64,000 bases of DNA from an uncultured Stakelama sp. (GTDB taxonomy: Bacteria > Pseudomonadota > Alphaproteobacteria > Sphingomonadales > Sphingomonadaceae): assembly GCA_964419295.1 (NCBI GenBank), contig CAYQPM010000001.1:8550-72549 (forward strand), written 5' to 3'. The notes beneath the pieces are model-generated. The model saw only the letters and a program-made list of their open reading frames with translations. It searched no databases and was not told where the DNA came from. Shown in pieces: positions 17,983 to 28,838 of this stretch; within the stretch, counting starts at the first letter, position 1; each line of letters starts with the position of its first letter. A program made the position numbers and the translations under genes.

Positions 17983-20900
17983 TCAATAGTCTTTCGAATA
18001 TTTCAGTCGCGCATCCGAACCGCCGGCGGACCCGGTGGAGGTGAGCAGGCTGAGCGCCTTGGTCAGCGCGATCTCGAGCTGGGTTGCGGTGAAGCCGCGG
18101 GCATCGCTGACGATTTCGACATAGATGTTGTCCGTCAGATATTTACCCGCCGCCAGACTGGTCCCGCGCCCACTTGCCTCGTCGGCACCGAGGATCCGCA
18201 GCCGGTCGAACCCGGTCGCCGAGCGCAGCTTGCCGAGCGGATTGAGCCCGCCGCCCGATCCGCGCAGCGAATTGAGCGCGCTGGCAAGCTGGATCGCCTG
18301 CAAAGCCGACAGGTTTTCGGGATTGGTCCCGAACAGCAACCGGCTGAGCACCTCGTCCTGCGGCAGCGCAGGCGTCGAGGTAAAGGCGATCTGCGGCCGC
18401 TGGCCCGTGCCGGTGATCGCGATGATCGCGGTAATGCCGTTGACGGTCGTCGATGCCTGGATGTTGATATCGGGATCGGTCAACGCGCCCCCGCGGAAGC
18501 GGATCGTACCGCGGGTGACGTCGAAACGCTTGCCCGCGAACGAATAGGTGCCGCGCACCAGATCCAGCCCGCCGCTGACCGTCGGCGCCGCAGAGGTGCC
18601 ACCGATCTTCAGGTTCATCTCCCACTCGGATTCGAGGCCCATGCCCGACACGAACAGCTGGTTGTCGGCCCGCACGGTCAGGTCCAGCTTGATCAGGCTC
18701 ACCGGCGCCGGCTTCGGCCGGTCGGTCGGTCGGGGCGTGACGATCTGGCTTTTGCGCCGAACGCCCGTCAGCTCCGGCACCTCTGCCGATCCCTGGCGGA
18801 TGATCTCGTAGCGCGCGTTCGGCACCGTGAGGTTGCCCTGCAACAGGCCACCGTCGCGGCCATAGGTGAAACGCACGGTGCCCGACGTCGTCGCCGCGAG
18901 CGAATCGCTCTTCGCCAATTGCGCATTGTTCAGCGTCGCGCGCAGATCGATCGGGAAGCCGCTGTCCGCCGCCAGCCCGATGCTGCCCTGCGCCGCGACG
19001 GTGCCGTCGCCGGCCCGCGCCGACAGGCTGGTCAGTTCCAGCCGGTCGTTGTCGAAGCGCGCCGCGATCTTCATCTGCGACAATCGCGTACCATAGGTCT
19101 CGTTGTCATAGGTCAGATTGTCGGCGCGGATCAGACCGTTCAGTCGGGGAGCGGAAACCCGGCCCGTGAAGTCGGCGGCGACCGCGATCGGCCCGGACAA
19201 TTGCTGGTTCGGCAACGCCGCGAGGCTGAAGAGCACCGCGGACGGGCCGTTATAACGGATTCCGCCCGACAGTGGCGCCTGCATCAGGCGCGTCGTCCAC
19301 GCACCCGCCCCCGGCGGCAGCGGCCGCAGCGTCGCGAGCAGGCGGCCGACGGTGGCCGGACCACGCTTGATCAGCGCCCGCGCTTCGCCGCCGTCCGGGA
19401 CGAGGCGTCCGACGAACTGGACGTCGACCGGCTCGGAGACGGCCGCCAGGCCGGTGCGCTGGAAGTTGGCGATCGTCACGCGCGCATCCGCCTGCGGAAT
19501 GGCGCTGCCCTGCTGGCGGTAATCGACGCTGCCGGTCACCGCACCCGACAAGCCGAGATTGGGTACGAAGGCGGACAGCATCGACAGGTTGAGCCGGTCG
19601 AGCCGCGCCTGCGCCGCCGTCACGCCGCCGCCGAACGACCCGGCGATCCGCGCCGAGCCCGCCGTCGGGCCGCGACCGAAGTCGATGCGGGTCGCGGCGA
19701 GGCGGTAGGCGCTGCCGACGCTGGTGATCCGCGCCGGGTTCACCGTGCGGAACGGGATATTGTTCGCCTGTCCCTGCGCGGCGACGAGATAATTGCCGGG
19801 CGACAGCTGCGCATTGAGCGCGACGCGCAGCGGCACGCCACTCGATCCGGTCAACAGCGCCTGCGCGGTGCCGCGACCGCCGACGTAATTGACCTTGGCG
19901 CGCATCGCCTGGATGACGAAGGCATTGTAGCGCGTGTCGGCGACCTGGAGTTCGGCGATCACCTGCGGCGCCTTCGGGAACATCACGACGCTCGCGTTGA
20001 CGATCGCCCGGCCGATGGTGAAGTCGGCATAACCCGGAATGGTCGCGTTATAGGCGCGCGCGGCGACGTCGGCCCGCTGATAGCCAGCCTGATTGGCAAG
20101 CCGCACGTTGCCGTTGATCCCGCGACCCGCGAACTGCAGCGCGCCGGCGAACGGGCCGGCCGATGTCGCAGCGACGCGCCCGCTGGCGACGATGCCCGCG
20201 AACACGACGCGGCGCACGTCCACCGTCAACTGCGGAGTGGGTCTGACCAACACGTCCGCGGTGAACGGGCCGTAATTGGTTCCCCCGCTCGCGGTGACGG
20301 CATAGGCATTGCCGCGCCCGACCACCCGCGCGTCGAGGTTGACGAGGCCGACACCGACTCCGGGACGCGCCGCATGCAGCACCACGACCGGTGCATCCGC
20401 ACTGCCGGAGATGCGCGCGGTCAGCGGGCCATATTGCGTCGAATAGGCATCCGCATTCACCGCGACGGCACCATTGGCCGGATTGAAGCGTCCTTCGCCA
20501 CGCGTGATCCGGAACTGGGGCGCGTTCATCCGCAGGTTGCGGAAGGTGACGATTCCTTCGGGGCTGTAGCCGATGTCGCTACGCACCACCGCGTTGCCGC
20601 CCAGGAAATTGCGCACACCGCTGTTGAACAGCTGTTTCGTCTGCGCGACGACACGCCCGGTGATGCCGAACCCGCCATTGGCGCCCGGCACCAGCTTGGC
20701 GTCGGTCGTCAGGTTCAGGATGCCGATGCTTTCGAGGCGGTAATTGTTGACCCGCCCCTTCAGCGCACCGGTGTAGCGCCCGGTTGCCGTGTTCGCCACG
20801 ATGATGGCGGTGGCATCGATATTGTCCGATCGGACGCGCAGATTGTCCGACAGGATATTGGGCATCGCAATCGCGAAGTCGCCCTCGATGCGCACATTGT

Positions 20901-22227
20901 TGGTGAGGCCGCCGACTGCGGCGTTCAGGCCGGTGATCCGGCGCGCGCGCGCCTTGACAGGAACCAGGATCCGGTCGGCATTCACCCGCGCCAGACCTTC
21001 GGCGTAGACGTTCTCGACCGTGGTCGTGCCGAAACCGAGTGCCGCCGCGTTGATCTTGTAATCGACGGTCGGCGTCGCGAAGGCGCCGTCCAGCACCACG
21101 CGCGCCATGACGTCACGGCCGCGCAGATTGGGAGCGATCGCGCCCGGCGTAAGCAGCCGTGCGTTGACCGCGAAATTGCCGAAGCTGCTGTTGGCAAGGT
21201 CGATCAGACCGCCCGCATCCACCGCCAGTGCGTCGGACTTGGCCGTGATCCGCGTGTCCGCCTTGCGGTCGTTCAGCGTCGTGTCGATGGCAAGATCGAG
21301 GCGCGGCGCGGTCAGTCGTTCGACCGGCCCGGCAAGGTAGAGGCCGGGCGTCGCGAACCCGCGCGCCTCGATATGCCCGTTATGCGCACTGACATCGAGG
21401 TTGGCGAGCTGCCCTCCGCCGAGCGTGGCGAGCGCCTTGCCCTGCCACGCCGCCCAGCTGCCGCGTCCATCGACGCTTGCCGTCAGCGGCGCCTTCAACG
21501 ATCCCATCGTGGCGACGACGCCGCCGACCGGGGCATTGAGCTTCAGATCGACGTCGAGCTTGTTCTGCTCGGGTACGGCATCCAGCTTCAGGTGCAGCGT
21601 ATCGCCGCCCGCGACCCCCGCGCCCTTCAGCGCAGCGGCATCGGTGACCAGTTGCGCACGGCGATCGGCGATATGAACCGCCCCGTCGATACGCAGGATA
21701 TGCGTCTGTCCCGTCACCGGCTTGGCGATCACCAGCCGGCCCACGTGCAGGCGGTTCACGTCGATGTCGAGGTCGGGCAGCAGCGGCGCGTTCTGGTCGG
21801 TCGGCGGCGCCGGCTTGAGTTCGGGCCGGCGCGCGAGGTTCACCAGATCGGTGGACAGCGATCGCACGTCGACGTGATTGTTGGTGAATGCGAACGGTCG
21901 CCAGTCGACCGCAAGCTTCGGACTGGTGAGGAACACGCCCTTGGGATCTGCGACCCGCACGTCGGACAGCACCATCTGACCGTAAAGCGACCCGTCGATC
22001 CGGCCGACCTTGATGTTCAGGCCTGATGCGGTCGTGTAGCCACCGATGCGGTTGGCGACGAAGCGCCGGCCGGGATCGGTGTTGATCCCCAGCACGACGA
22101 TGCCGACCAGCACCACCAGCCCCAGGATGAGGAACAGGATCCATTTCAGGATACGCTGCCACAAGGGGCGTTTGACGGCGGTTGCCGGCACGTCGATCGG
22201 TTCGTTAACGGGCATGTCCTCGGCCAT
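17983..22227 (-). CDS. tamB: Translocation and assembly module TamB
   Basis: N-terminal TM anchor, long beta-rich body, DUF490-type C-terminus (LPQDEVLSRLLFG...AGKYLTDNIYVE); coupled to tamA. Confidence 0.92.
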   Translation of the reverse strand: MAEDMPVNEPIDVPATAVKRPLWQRILKWILFLILGLVVLVGIVVLGINTDPGRRFVANRIGGYTTASGLNIKVGRIDGSLYGQMVLSDVRVADPKGVFLTSPKLAVDWRPFAFTNNHVDVRSLSTDLVNLARRPELKPAPPTDQNAPLLPDLDIDVNRLHVGRLVIAKPVTGQTHILRIDGAVHIADRRAQLVTDAAALKGAGVAGGDTLHLKLDAVPEQNKLDVDLKLNAPVGGVVATMGSLKAPLTASVDGRGSWAAWQGKALATLGGGQLANLDVSAHNGHIEARGFATPGLYLAGPVERLTAPRLDLAIDTTLNDRKADTRITAKSDALAVDAGGLIDLANSSFGNFAVNARLLTPGAIAPNLRGRDVMARVVLDGAFATPTVDYKINAAALGFGTTTVENVYAEGLARVNADRILVPVKARARRITGLNAAVGGLTNNVRIEGDFAIAMPNILSDNLRVRSDNIDATAIIVANTATGRYTGALKGRVNNYRLESIGILNLTTDAKLVPGANGGFGITGRVVAQTKQLFNSGVRNFLGGNAVVRSDIGYSPEGIVTFRNLRMNAPQFRITRGEGRFNPANGAVAVNADAYSTQYGPLTARISGSADAPVVVLHAARPGVGVGLVNLDARVVGRGNAYAVTASGGTNYGPFTADVLVRPTPQLTVDVRRVVFAGIVASGRVAATSAGPFAGALQFAGRGINGNVRLANQAGYQRADVAARAYNATIPGYADFTIGRAIVNASVVMFPKAPQVIAELQVADTRYNAFVIQAMRAKVNYVGGRGTAQALLTGSSGVPLRVALNAQLSPGNYLVAAQGQANNIPFRTVNPARITSVGSAYRLAATRIDFGRGPTAGSARIAGSFGGGVTAAQARLDRLNLSMLSAFVPNLGLSGAVTGSVDYRQQGSAIPQADARVTIANFQRTGLAAVSEPVDVQFVGRLVPDGGEARALIKRGPATVGRLLATLRPLPPGAGAWTTRLMQAPLSGGIRYNGPSAVLFSLAALPNQQLSGPIAVAADFTGRVSAPRLNGLIRADNLTYDNETYGTRLSQMKIAARFDNDRLELTSLSARAGDGTVAAQGSIGLAADSGFPIDLRATLNNAQLAKSDSLAATTSGTVRFTYGRDGGLLQGNLTVPNARYEIIRQGSAEVPELTGVRRKSQIVTPRPTDRPKPAPVSLIKLDLTVRADNQLFVSGMGLESEWEMNLKIGGTSAAPTVSGGLDLVRGTYSFAGKRFDVTRGTIRFRGGALTDPDINIQASTTVNGITAIIAITGTGQRPQIAFTSTPALPQDEVLSRLLFGTNPENLSALQAIQLASALNSLRGSGGGLNPLGKLRSATGFDRLRILGADEASGRGTSLAAGKYLTDNIYVEIVSDARGFTATQLEIALTKALSLLTSTGSAGGSDARLKYSKDY

Positions 22228-24440
22228 CAGAATGCCTGCCCGATCGAGATGTAGAGCGCGACCTTGCCGTCGCCGGGTCGCGGATTGAGCGGCGTCGCAA
22301 CGTCGATCCGCATCGGTCCGAAATTGGTGTAGAAGCGCCCGCCGATGCCCGCACCCATCTTCAGGTCCGAACCCTTGGGCAGGCTCGATTCATAGCTGTT
22401 GCCGGCGTCGAGGAACGGCACGACCCCAAAATTGCCGAACCGGTATCGCGCCTCGAGCGCGAACTCGTTCAGGCTGCGTCCGCCGACCGGGTTGCCGTTG
22501 GGGTCGAACGGCCCGAGCCGCTGATAACCATAGCCGCGCACCGATCCGCCGCCGCCGCCGTAATACCGGCGAGATGGCGCCAGATCGTCGCGCGCGATCC
22601 CCTGAATCGATCCTGCCCGCGCCCTTCCGGCGATCACCAGCTTGTCGGAAGCGGGGTAATAGAATGTCCCTTCGATCATCGTGCGGACGTAAGGCTTGAA
22701 CCCGCCGCTGACCGATCCTTCCGGGCTGAGGTTCAGCCGCAGGCGGTAACCGCGGGTCGGGTTGAGCAAACTGTCGGAGGTGTCCCATTCCACCTGGCCC
22801 GGCAAGGCCGCGATGCCATAGGTGCGGCGGGCGTCCTGGCCGCGCGCAAAATCGTAGACGCTTTCGTTCGTACCGACCAATTCGCCGCCGAAATAATAGG
22901 TGAACCGCTTCTGCCAGATCGGCGTCGAGACATAGCTCCAGCGCGCCGACAGCGTGCCGGTAAAGGCGTCGAAGGCGTCGTAGCTGCTGTGCGTCGCGCT
23001 CGCGATCGCGGTGAAGGTCCGGTCGCGCTTGCCCGCATTGGAGCGACGGAAGGTGCCCGACGCGCCCTGTTCCTGCGTGCCGGCGACGACCGTACCGATC
23101 AGGGCGCCTTCGGGCGGGAACAGGTTGCGGTGCGTCCAGCTGCCCTCGGCCTTGAAGCCCTGCCCCGTCGAATAGCCGGCACTGCCGGCAAGGCTGCGCG
23201 CCGGCCCCTTGGTCTGGCGGACGAGGAGGTCCACGGCCTCCGTCCCATCGGGATTGGTCCGCCCGGTGCGCTGCGGTTCGACCGCGACGCTGGAGAACAG
23301 GCCGGTCGCCACCAGCGCATCGCGCAGATCGTCGGTCTTGCGACTGTCGTAGAGATCGCCGCTGTCGAAGCGCGGGAACACGTTGAGGTGGTCGAGCCCG
23401 AACACCGGGTCGCCGGTGGTGGTCAATGCCCCGAAACGCGAACGCGGGCCGGTGTCCACCGGGAGCGTATAGGCGCCGGTCGCCTTGTCCGACTGGTCGT
23501 CGAGCAGGATGTCACGGTCGCCGACCTTGACGAATGGATATCCCTGCTGCGGCAGGACGAGGCTGACGTTCGCTTCCGCGCCCTGGATCCGGGCCGCCTC
23601 GATCGGATCACCCACGCGCAACGGCAGGTTGTGCGTGAGGAGATCGTCCGGCACCACCGGCGGCGCGTCCACCTTCACGGAGGAAAGCGTGTAGAGCCGG
23701 CCCGGCGTCGCGGTGACGGTGGCGCGCAAGCGACCCGGCTGGTTCGTGCCGGTGGCGGGCTCGGCCTCGATCACCGAAATGGCCGTTCCGTCGTAATAGC
23801 CGAGCGACTTCATCAGCCGAACGGCCAGCGCTTCGTCCTCGCGGGCACGCGCCGCGACCTGCGTCGCGTTCGCCGCCTTGCCCTTGCCGTCCTTTAACGC
23901 CGACAAAGCGTTGAACTGGCTAGCGAGATTTAGCTTCTCCAGCCCCTTCAGCTCCGTGTCGTAACGGATTTCGGGCGCATCCTTGTCCTTGATATCCGCT
24001 GCGGTTTCCAACGGCGCGGTATTGAAGGTCGAAAGCGGCTGAAGCGGCGTCGCGAGTTCGGGATTCTCCGGCGCGGCGGCCGGCAAGGTGCCGTCGGCGT
24101 TGACCAGGGGCGCGGCGACCACCGTCGGGACCGTGCCGGACGTCGTCTTCGAGCCGTTAGCCGCCTGAACCGGCATCGGCTCCAGTGGCGCATTGATGTC
24201 GCCGCTCAGGGGTGGCAGCGCGGCGTTGAACTCACTGTCCGGGACGATCGGGGCATTGGCGGCGTCAACGCCGTCGGCCGTCTGGGCAGTGGTCGCTTCC
24301 GCCGCCTGCTTGTCGGATTTGGGAGCGTCGGGGCCGCGCGCCGGAGCCTTGCCCTGCTGCTGGTTGAATTGCCCGTGGGCGGGCGCCGCTGCCACAAGGG
24401 CGATCGCCAGCCAATGAAGTCGTCCGGTCAAAACTCGCAC
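22227..24440 (-). CDS. tamA: Translocation and assembly module TamA (Omp85 family)
   Basis: POTRA-like region, GGGGSVRGYGY motif, GPMRIDVA, C-terminal IGQAF; start approximate. Confidence 0.92.
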   Translation of the reverse strand: MRVLTGRLHWLAIALVAAAPAHGQFNQQQGKAPARGPDAPKSDKQAAEATTAQTADGVDAANAPIVPDSEFNAALPPLSGDINAPLEPMPVQAANGSKTTSGTVPTVVAAPLVNADGTLPAAAPENPELATPLQPLSTFNTAPLETAADIKDKDAPEIRYDTELKGLEKLNLASQFNALSALKDGKGKAANATQVAARAREDEALAVRLMKSLGYYDGTAISVIEAEPATGTNQPGRLRATVTATPGRLYTLSSVKVDAPPVVPDDLLTHNLPLRVGDPIEAARIQGAEANVSLVLPQQGYPFVKVGDRDILLDDQSDKATGAYTLPVDTGPRSRFGALTTTGDPVFGLDHLNVFPRFDSGDLYDSRKTDDLRDALVATGLFSSVAVEPQRTGRTNPDGTEAVDLLVRQTKGPARSLAGSAGYSTGQGFKAEGSWTHRNLFPPEGALIGTVVAGTQEQGASGTFRRSNAGKRDRTFTAIASATHSSYDAFDAFTGTLSARWSYVSTPIWQKRFTYYFGGELVGTNESVYDFARGQDARRTYGIAALPGQVEWDTSDSLLNPTRGYRLRLNLSPEGSVSGGFKPYVRTMIEGTFYYPASDKLVIAGRARAGSIQGIARDDLAPSRRYYGGGGGSVRGYGYQRLGPFDPNGNPVGGRSLNEFALEARYRFGNFGVVPFLDAGNSYESSLPKGSDLKMGAGIGGRFYTNFGPMRIDVATPLNPRPGDGKVALYISIGQAF

Positions 24441-24625
24441 GCGTGTCCCGTTCCCCTTTGCGAGAGCGTTCGCGTTCGAATCCACCCCCAAGCATTACGC
24501 CCAACGCAAAGAGCGCCGCTTGGTTGCAGTGCACCGCGGAATTTTGTCATGGCCGCAACAACAATAACATTGCTGTTCAATGACATACTAATGTACATCA
24601 TGCCGCATCGCGCCAAATGCGCGCG

Positions 24626-26050
24626 TCAGAATTTCATCTGCCGCTTTACCGACGCCGCCAGCGCTTTGCCGTAAGGCGGCTTCAGCCCCGCGATCTTGGC
24701 GACGTCGATCCGCGCCTGTTTGAACACCGCCTTCGCATGGCTGAACGTCCTGAAGCCATCCACACCATGATAGCTGCCCATACCCGACGGCCCTACCCCG
24801 CCGAACGGCAGGTCTTCCATCGAAACGTGGAACACGACATCGTCCAGCGTCACCCCGCCCGAGATGGTGCGATCCAGCACATGCCGCCGCTCGCCGCCGT
24901 CGCGCCCGAAGTAATACAGGCCAAGCGGACGCGGCCCGCGGTTCACCCGCGCGATCGCGTCATCGATGCCCTGATAGGTCACGACGGGCAGAATCGGGCC
25001 GAAGATCTCTTCCTGCATCAGTGTCATGTCGTCGGTGACGTTGCGCACGATATGCAACGGCATCTTGCGGCTGTTCGACCCGGCGAAGTCCTCCCCGGCT
25101 GGATTGACCGTCTCGATCCGCGCGCCCTTGGCACGCGCGTCGTCCAGCCAGTCGTTCAGCCGCTGATGGTGCCGGTCGTTGATCACGGCAGTGTAATCCG
25201 GATTCGACAGCAACGTCGGATACATGGCCGACGCCGCGGCCTTGAGCCCGTCGACCACCGCCTGTTCCTGCGCCGCCGGGGCGAGCACGTAATCAGGCGC
25301 CAGACAGATCTGGCCGGCGTTGAGCATCTTGCCCAGCGCGATCCGCTCGCTGGCCTGTGCGACGTCCGCATCGCTGCCGACGATCGCCGGGCTCTTGCCG
25401 CCCAGTTCCAGCGTCACCGGCGTCAGATTGTCCGCCGCCGCATGCAGGATGTGCCGCCCGATGCCGGTCGCACCGGTGAACAGCAGATGGTCGAACGGCA
25501 GTTCGGCGAACGCCCTGCCCACATCCGGCCCGCCACTGACGAACGCCAGTTCGTCGCTCGCGAAATAGCTGCCGACGACCTCTTCGAACAACGCTGCGGT
25601 GGCAGGCGTAAACTCGCTCGTCTTGACCATCACGCGATTGCCTGCCGCGAACGCACCGGCGACCGGTCCCATCACGAGATTCACGGGGAAATTCCACGGC
25701 GCGATGACGCCCACGACGCCCTTGGGCTGATATTCGACCCAGGCCCGCGCGCCGAGCAGGCCCAGCGGAAATTGCACGGCACGCCGTTCCGGCCGGGCCC
25801 AACCGTCGAGCTTCTTCAGCGCATGCGCGATCGGGCCGATCGAGCCGGCGATATCGGTGAGCATCGACTGGTCGCGGCTGCGATGGCCGAAATCCTCGCT
25901 GAGCGCATCGCAGAAGCGCGACGCATGGTCGCGGATCATCGCCGCCGCCCGCCGCAACCGATCCTTGCGCACCGCCAGCGTCACCGGCAGTTCCGTCATG
26001 AACGCCGCCCGTTGGGCCGCCAGCAACGCGTCGATCCTCACGATCGGCAC
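24626..26050 (-). CDS. calB: Coniferyl-aldehyde dehydrogenase-like aldehyde dehydrogenase
   Basis: PWNFP, LELGGKSP, NAGQICLAPDY, EEIFGP, PFGGVGPSGMGSYHG. Confidence 0.8.
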   Translation of the reverse strand: MPIVRIDALLAAQRAAFMTELPVTLAVRKDRLRRAAAMIRDHASRFCDALSEDFGHRSRDQSMLTDIAGSIGPIAHALKKLDGWARPERRAVQFPLGLLGARAWVEYQPKGVVGVIAPWNFPVNLVMGPVAGAFAAGNRVMVKTSEFTPATAALFEEVVGSYFASDELAFVSGGPDVGRAFAELPFDHLLFTGATGIGRHILHAAADNLTPVTLELGGKSPAIVGSDADVAQASERIALGKMLNAGQICLAPDYVLAPAAQEQAVVDGLKAAASAMYPTLLSNPDYTAVINDRHHQRLNDWLDDARAKGARIETVNPAGEDFAGSNSRKMPLHIVRNVTDDMTLMQEEIFGPILPVVTYQGIDDAIARVNRGPRPLGLYYFGRDGGERRHVLDRTISGGVTLDDVVFHVSMEDLPFGGVGPSGMGSYHGVDGFRTFSHAKAVFKQARIDVAKIAGLKPPYGKALAASVKRQMKF

Positions 26051-26463
26051 CCGATCATTCCGGCGACCGGCACGACGAGGCCGTCCTGGCCGGGGCGGTC
26101 GATCTGCAACGCTCCCGTCGGCACCTTGGCCCCGTTGGTCAGCCCGTCCTGCTGAACGACCTCCATCGTCAGCCGCGCGGTGACGTCCGCGCCGCGATAT
26201 TCCGCGCTGTCGGAAAACCCGAGCTTGCCCGCACCGTCCCCCGCCGCTTTCGAAAGGTCGATCGTCCTGCCACTGATCGACAGCCGGATCGTCGCCGGAT
26301 CAGCGACCGCCATCGCGACGAGCTGGCGATCGGTGGCGCTCCACAGATAGGCAGCGCAGCCCTTCGCGGGCAGTTTCTGCTGACCGATCGCGCCGAGCGT
26401 GGACGGAATAGCGACAGGCGCTGGAACGGCCTGGGCCGCGGCGGCGAGCAACACAGCGATCAT
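26038..26463 (-). CDS. Hypothetical exported protein
   Basis: MIAVLLAAAAQA signal-like start, two Cys; overlaps neighbours in an operon. Confidence 0.7.
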   Translation of the reverse strand: MIAVLLAAAAQAVPAPVAIPSTLGAIGQQKLPAKGCAAYLWSATDRQLVAMAVADPATIRLSISGRTIDLSKAAGDGAGKLGFSDSAEYRGADVTARLTMEVVQQDGLTNGAKVPTGALQIDRPGQDGLVVPVAGMIGCRS

Positions 26464-27209
26464 GACGCCGATACTATCATGGCGATCCATGCAGGGTAAG
26501 CCGCCGCGGCGAGCAGCGCACCGAACGGCAGCGCGCTGTCGCGCGAGACCTGCCGCCCGGTCAGGTGCGCGAACAGCGCCACACCCAGCCCGATCACACT
26601 GGCGATCACCAGCACCGCCGGCAGCAGACGCCAGCCGAGCCAAAGCCCGATCGCGCCCATCAGCTTCGGGTCGCCCCCGCCCATGCCGTCCCGCCCCCGC
26701 CAGGCACGATAGCCGAGGGCGATGGCCGCCAACACGCCATAGCCGGCGACGCCACCGATCATCCTGTCGGCGATCCCCGGGTCGAGGCCGGCGGCACCCG
26801 CACCCAGGCCCGCGACGGCGAGCGTTGCGGTCAGCCGATCGGGCAGCCAAAACGCCGCGACGTCCAGCGCTGCGAGCGTCAGCAGCAGCCAGCCGAATAT
26901 GGCTCCGCCCAGCCCCGTCCAGCCGGGCGCGACTAAACCCGAGACGACGCCGATGAGCAGCGCCGACACCTCCATCCAGCAGTGAAGCGGGTCGATCCGG
27001 GCTCCACAGGTGCGGCATCGCCCCCGCTGTATGAGGAAGCTGAGCACCGGCACGAGGTCCGTTGGCGCGAGCGTGCGCGCGCATGCGTCGCACGCCGATC
27101 GTCCCGCGACGACCGACCGCCCCTGCGGCCAGCGGATCACCAGCGCTGCGATGAAGCTGCCGAAGATGGCGCCCAGCGCGCCCAACGCGAGCGGCCAGCC
27201 CGCGCTCAT
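26460..27209 (-). CDS. Prepilin peptidase (A24 family)
   Basis: GSF, RSACDAC, GRCRTC, LPDRLT and GMGGGDPKL motifs. Confidence 0.92.
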   Translation of the reverse strand: MSAGWPLALGALGAIFGSFIAALVIRWPQGRSVVAGRSACDACARTLAPTDLVPVLSFLIQRGRCRTCGARIDPLHCWMEVSALLIGVVSGLVAPGWTGLGGAIFGWLLLTLAALDVAAFWLPDRLTATLAVAGLGAGAAGLDPGIADRMIGGVAGYGVLAAIALGYRAWRGRDGMGGGDPKLMGAIGLWLGWRLLPAVLVIASVIGLGVALFAHLTGRQVSRDSALPFGALLAAAAYPAWIAMIVSAS

Positions 27210-27210
27210 G

Positions 27211-27471
27211 TCACGCCTCGGCCTTGGTCCGGTCGCGAATGAGGTAACGATAGACGCCCAGCACGTCGATCAGCAGCAGCACGACGTTCTGCGAACCCAG
27301 GGCCCAATCCCGCATCAGCACCGCTCCGGTGATCCAGGCGACGGCGGACAGGCAGAACAGCACCATCGCCCAGCCGGTATCGCGCCGGCCCCAGTCCAAC
27401 GAGACGACGGCTGCGGCGATCATGCCGCTGATCGATGCAAACCACCGGATTGGTTCGATAAATTCGTTCAT
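27211..27471 (-). CDS. Small membrane protein (3 TM)
   Basis: Hydrophobic 86-aa ORF ending ..QNVVLLLIDVLGVYRYL; first gene of the operon. Confidence 0.7.
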   Translation of the reverse strand: MNEFIEPIRWFASISGMIAAAVVSLDWGRRDTGWAMVLFCLSAVAWITGAVLMRDWALGSQNVVLLLIDVLGVYRYLIRDRTKAEA

Positions 27472-27625
27472 TGCCGCCTAGCGCGCGGGACGGCGAAACG
27501 ATCCACGTGGACGCCGTGCCGGCGCCCGGTCCACGCCGTCCGGCACGGGATTGCAGCGCCCCGATCATTGCCCTCCTCCGCCCCCCGTCCTAAATTGGCC
27601 CCAACCAGAACACCGGAGAGCCGCC

Positions 27626-28813
27626 TTGTCCACCGATCCCGTCGTCATCGTCAGCTACGCCCGCACGCCGATGGGGTCGTTTCAGGGAGCACTCTCCGGC
27701 GCTTCCGCAACCGAGCTCGGAGCTGTGGCGGTGAAGGAGGCGGTGGCGCGCGCCGGTGCTTCGGCCGAAGCGGTGGAACGCATCTATATGGGATGCGTCC
27801 TGCCGGCCGGATTGGGGCAGGCGCCTGCGCGTCAGGCGGCGATCGGCGCCGGACTCGGCACGCATGTCGAGGCGACGACGGTCAACAAAATGTGCGGATC
27901 GGGGATGCAGGCCGCGATTCTCGCCGCCGACGCGCTGGCCGCCGGATCGGCCGACCTGCTCGTCGCGGGCGGCATGGAGAGCATGACCAACGCGCCTTAC
28001 CTGTCCAACCGGCATCGCGCCGGCGCGCGCATCGGCCATGATACGCTGTACGACCACATGTACCTCGACGGGCTCGAGGACGCCTATGAGCCCGGCAAGC
28101 TGATGGGCAATTTCGCCGAGGAGACCGCCGCCGCCTATCAGTTCACCCGTGCCGCGATGGACGATTATGCGATCGAATCGCTGACCCGCGCGCAAAAGGC
28201 GCAGCGGTCGGGAGCCTTCGATCGGGAGATCGTCGCGGTCGAGGTGAAGGGCCGCAAGGGCAGCACGACGGTGGCTTTGGACGAACAGCCGGCGAAGGGC
28301 GACATCGCCAAGATCCCGACGCTGAAGCCCGCCTTTTCGCGGGAGGGCACGATCACGGCTGCCAACGCGTCGTCGATTTCGGACGGTGCCGCGGCGCTCG
28401 TCATGACCCGCGCGAGCGTCGCCGAGCGGCTTGGTCTGACGCCGGTGGCACGGGTGGTGTCGCACGCCGCCCACGCGCATGATCCATCGCAATTCACCAC
28501 GGCCCCCGTGTTCGCGATGCGCAAGGCGATGGAACGTGCCGGCTGGAGCCGCGACGACATCGACCTGTTCGAGGTGAACGAGGCGTTCGCGGTGGTTTCG
28601 ATGATCGCGATCCACGATCTGGGCATCGATCCGGCGCGGCTCAACGTTCACGGCGGGGCCTGCGCGCTCGGTCACCCGATCGGCGCGAGCGGCGCCCGCA
28701 TCCTTGCGACGCTGCTGTCGGCATTGCAGAAGACCGGCCAGCGCCGTGGTCTCGCCTCGCTCTGCATCGGCGGGGGCGAAGCGACGGCGATGGCCGTGGA
28801 GTTAATGCACTAG
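27626..28813 (+). CDS. Acetyl-CoA C-acyltransferase (thiolase)
   Basis: RTPMGSF, NKMCGSG, NEAF, GHPIGASG, CIGGGE; TTG start after GGAGAG. Confidence 0.95.
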   Translation: MSTDPVVIVSYARTPMGSFQGALSGASATELGAVAVKEAVARAGASAEAVERIYMGCVLPAGLGQAPARQAAIGAGLGTHVEATTVNKMCGSGMQAAILAADALAAGSADLLVAGGMESMTNAPYLSNRHRAGARIGHDTLYDHMYLDGLEDAYEPGKLMGNFAEETAAAYQFTRAAMDDYAIESLTRAQKAQRSGAFDREIVAVEVKGRKGSTTVALDEQPAKGDIAKIPTLKPAFSREGTITAANASSISDGAAALVMTRASVAERLGLTPVARVVSHAAHAHDPSQFTTAPVFAMRKAMERAGWSRDDIDLFEVNEAFAVVSMIAIHDLGIDPARLNVHGGACALGHPIGASGARILATLLSALQKTGQRRGLASLCIGGGEATAMAVELMH

Positions 28814-28838
28814 ACGGGGGAGACGGTGGCCGTGCCGA

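Noticed and set aside
18919..22026. 1035-aa plus-strand ORF and many similar long antisense ORFs (e.g. 4110..5921, 24617..26155, 46637..48433)
   Set aside because: These are shadow frames of real high-GC genes on the opposite strand, with no recognisable motifs.
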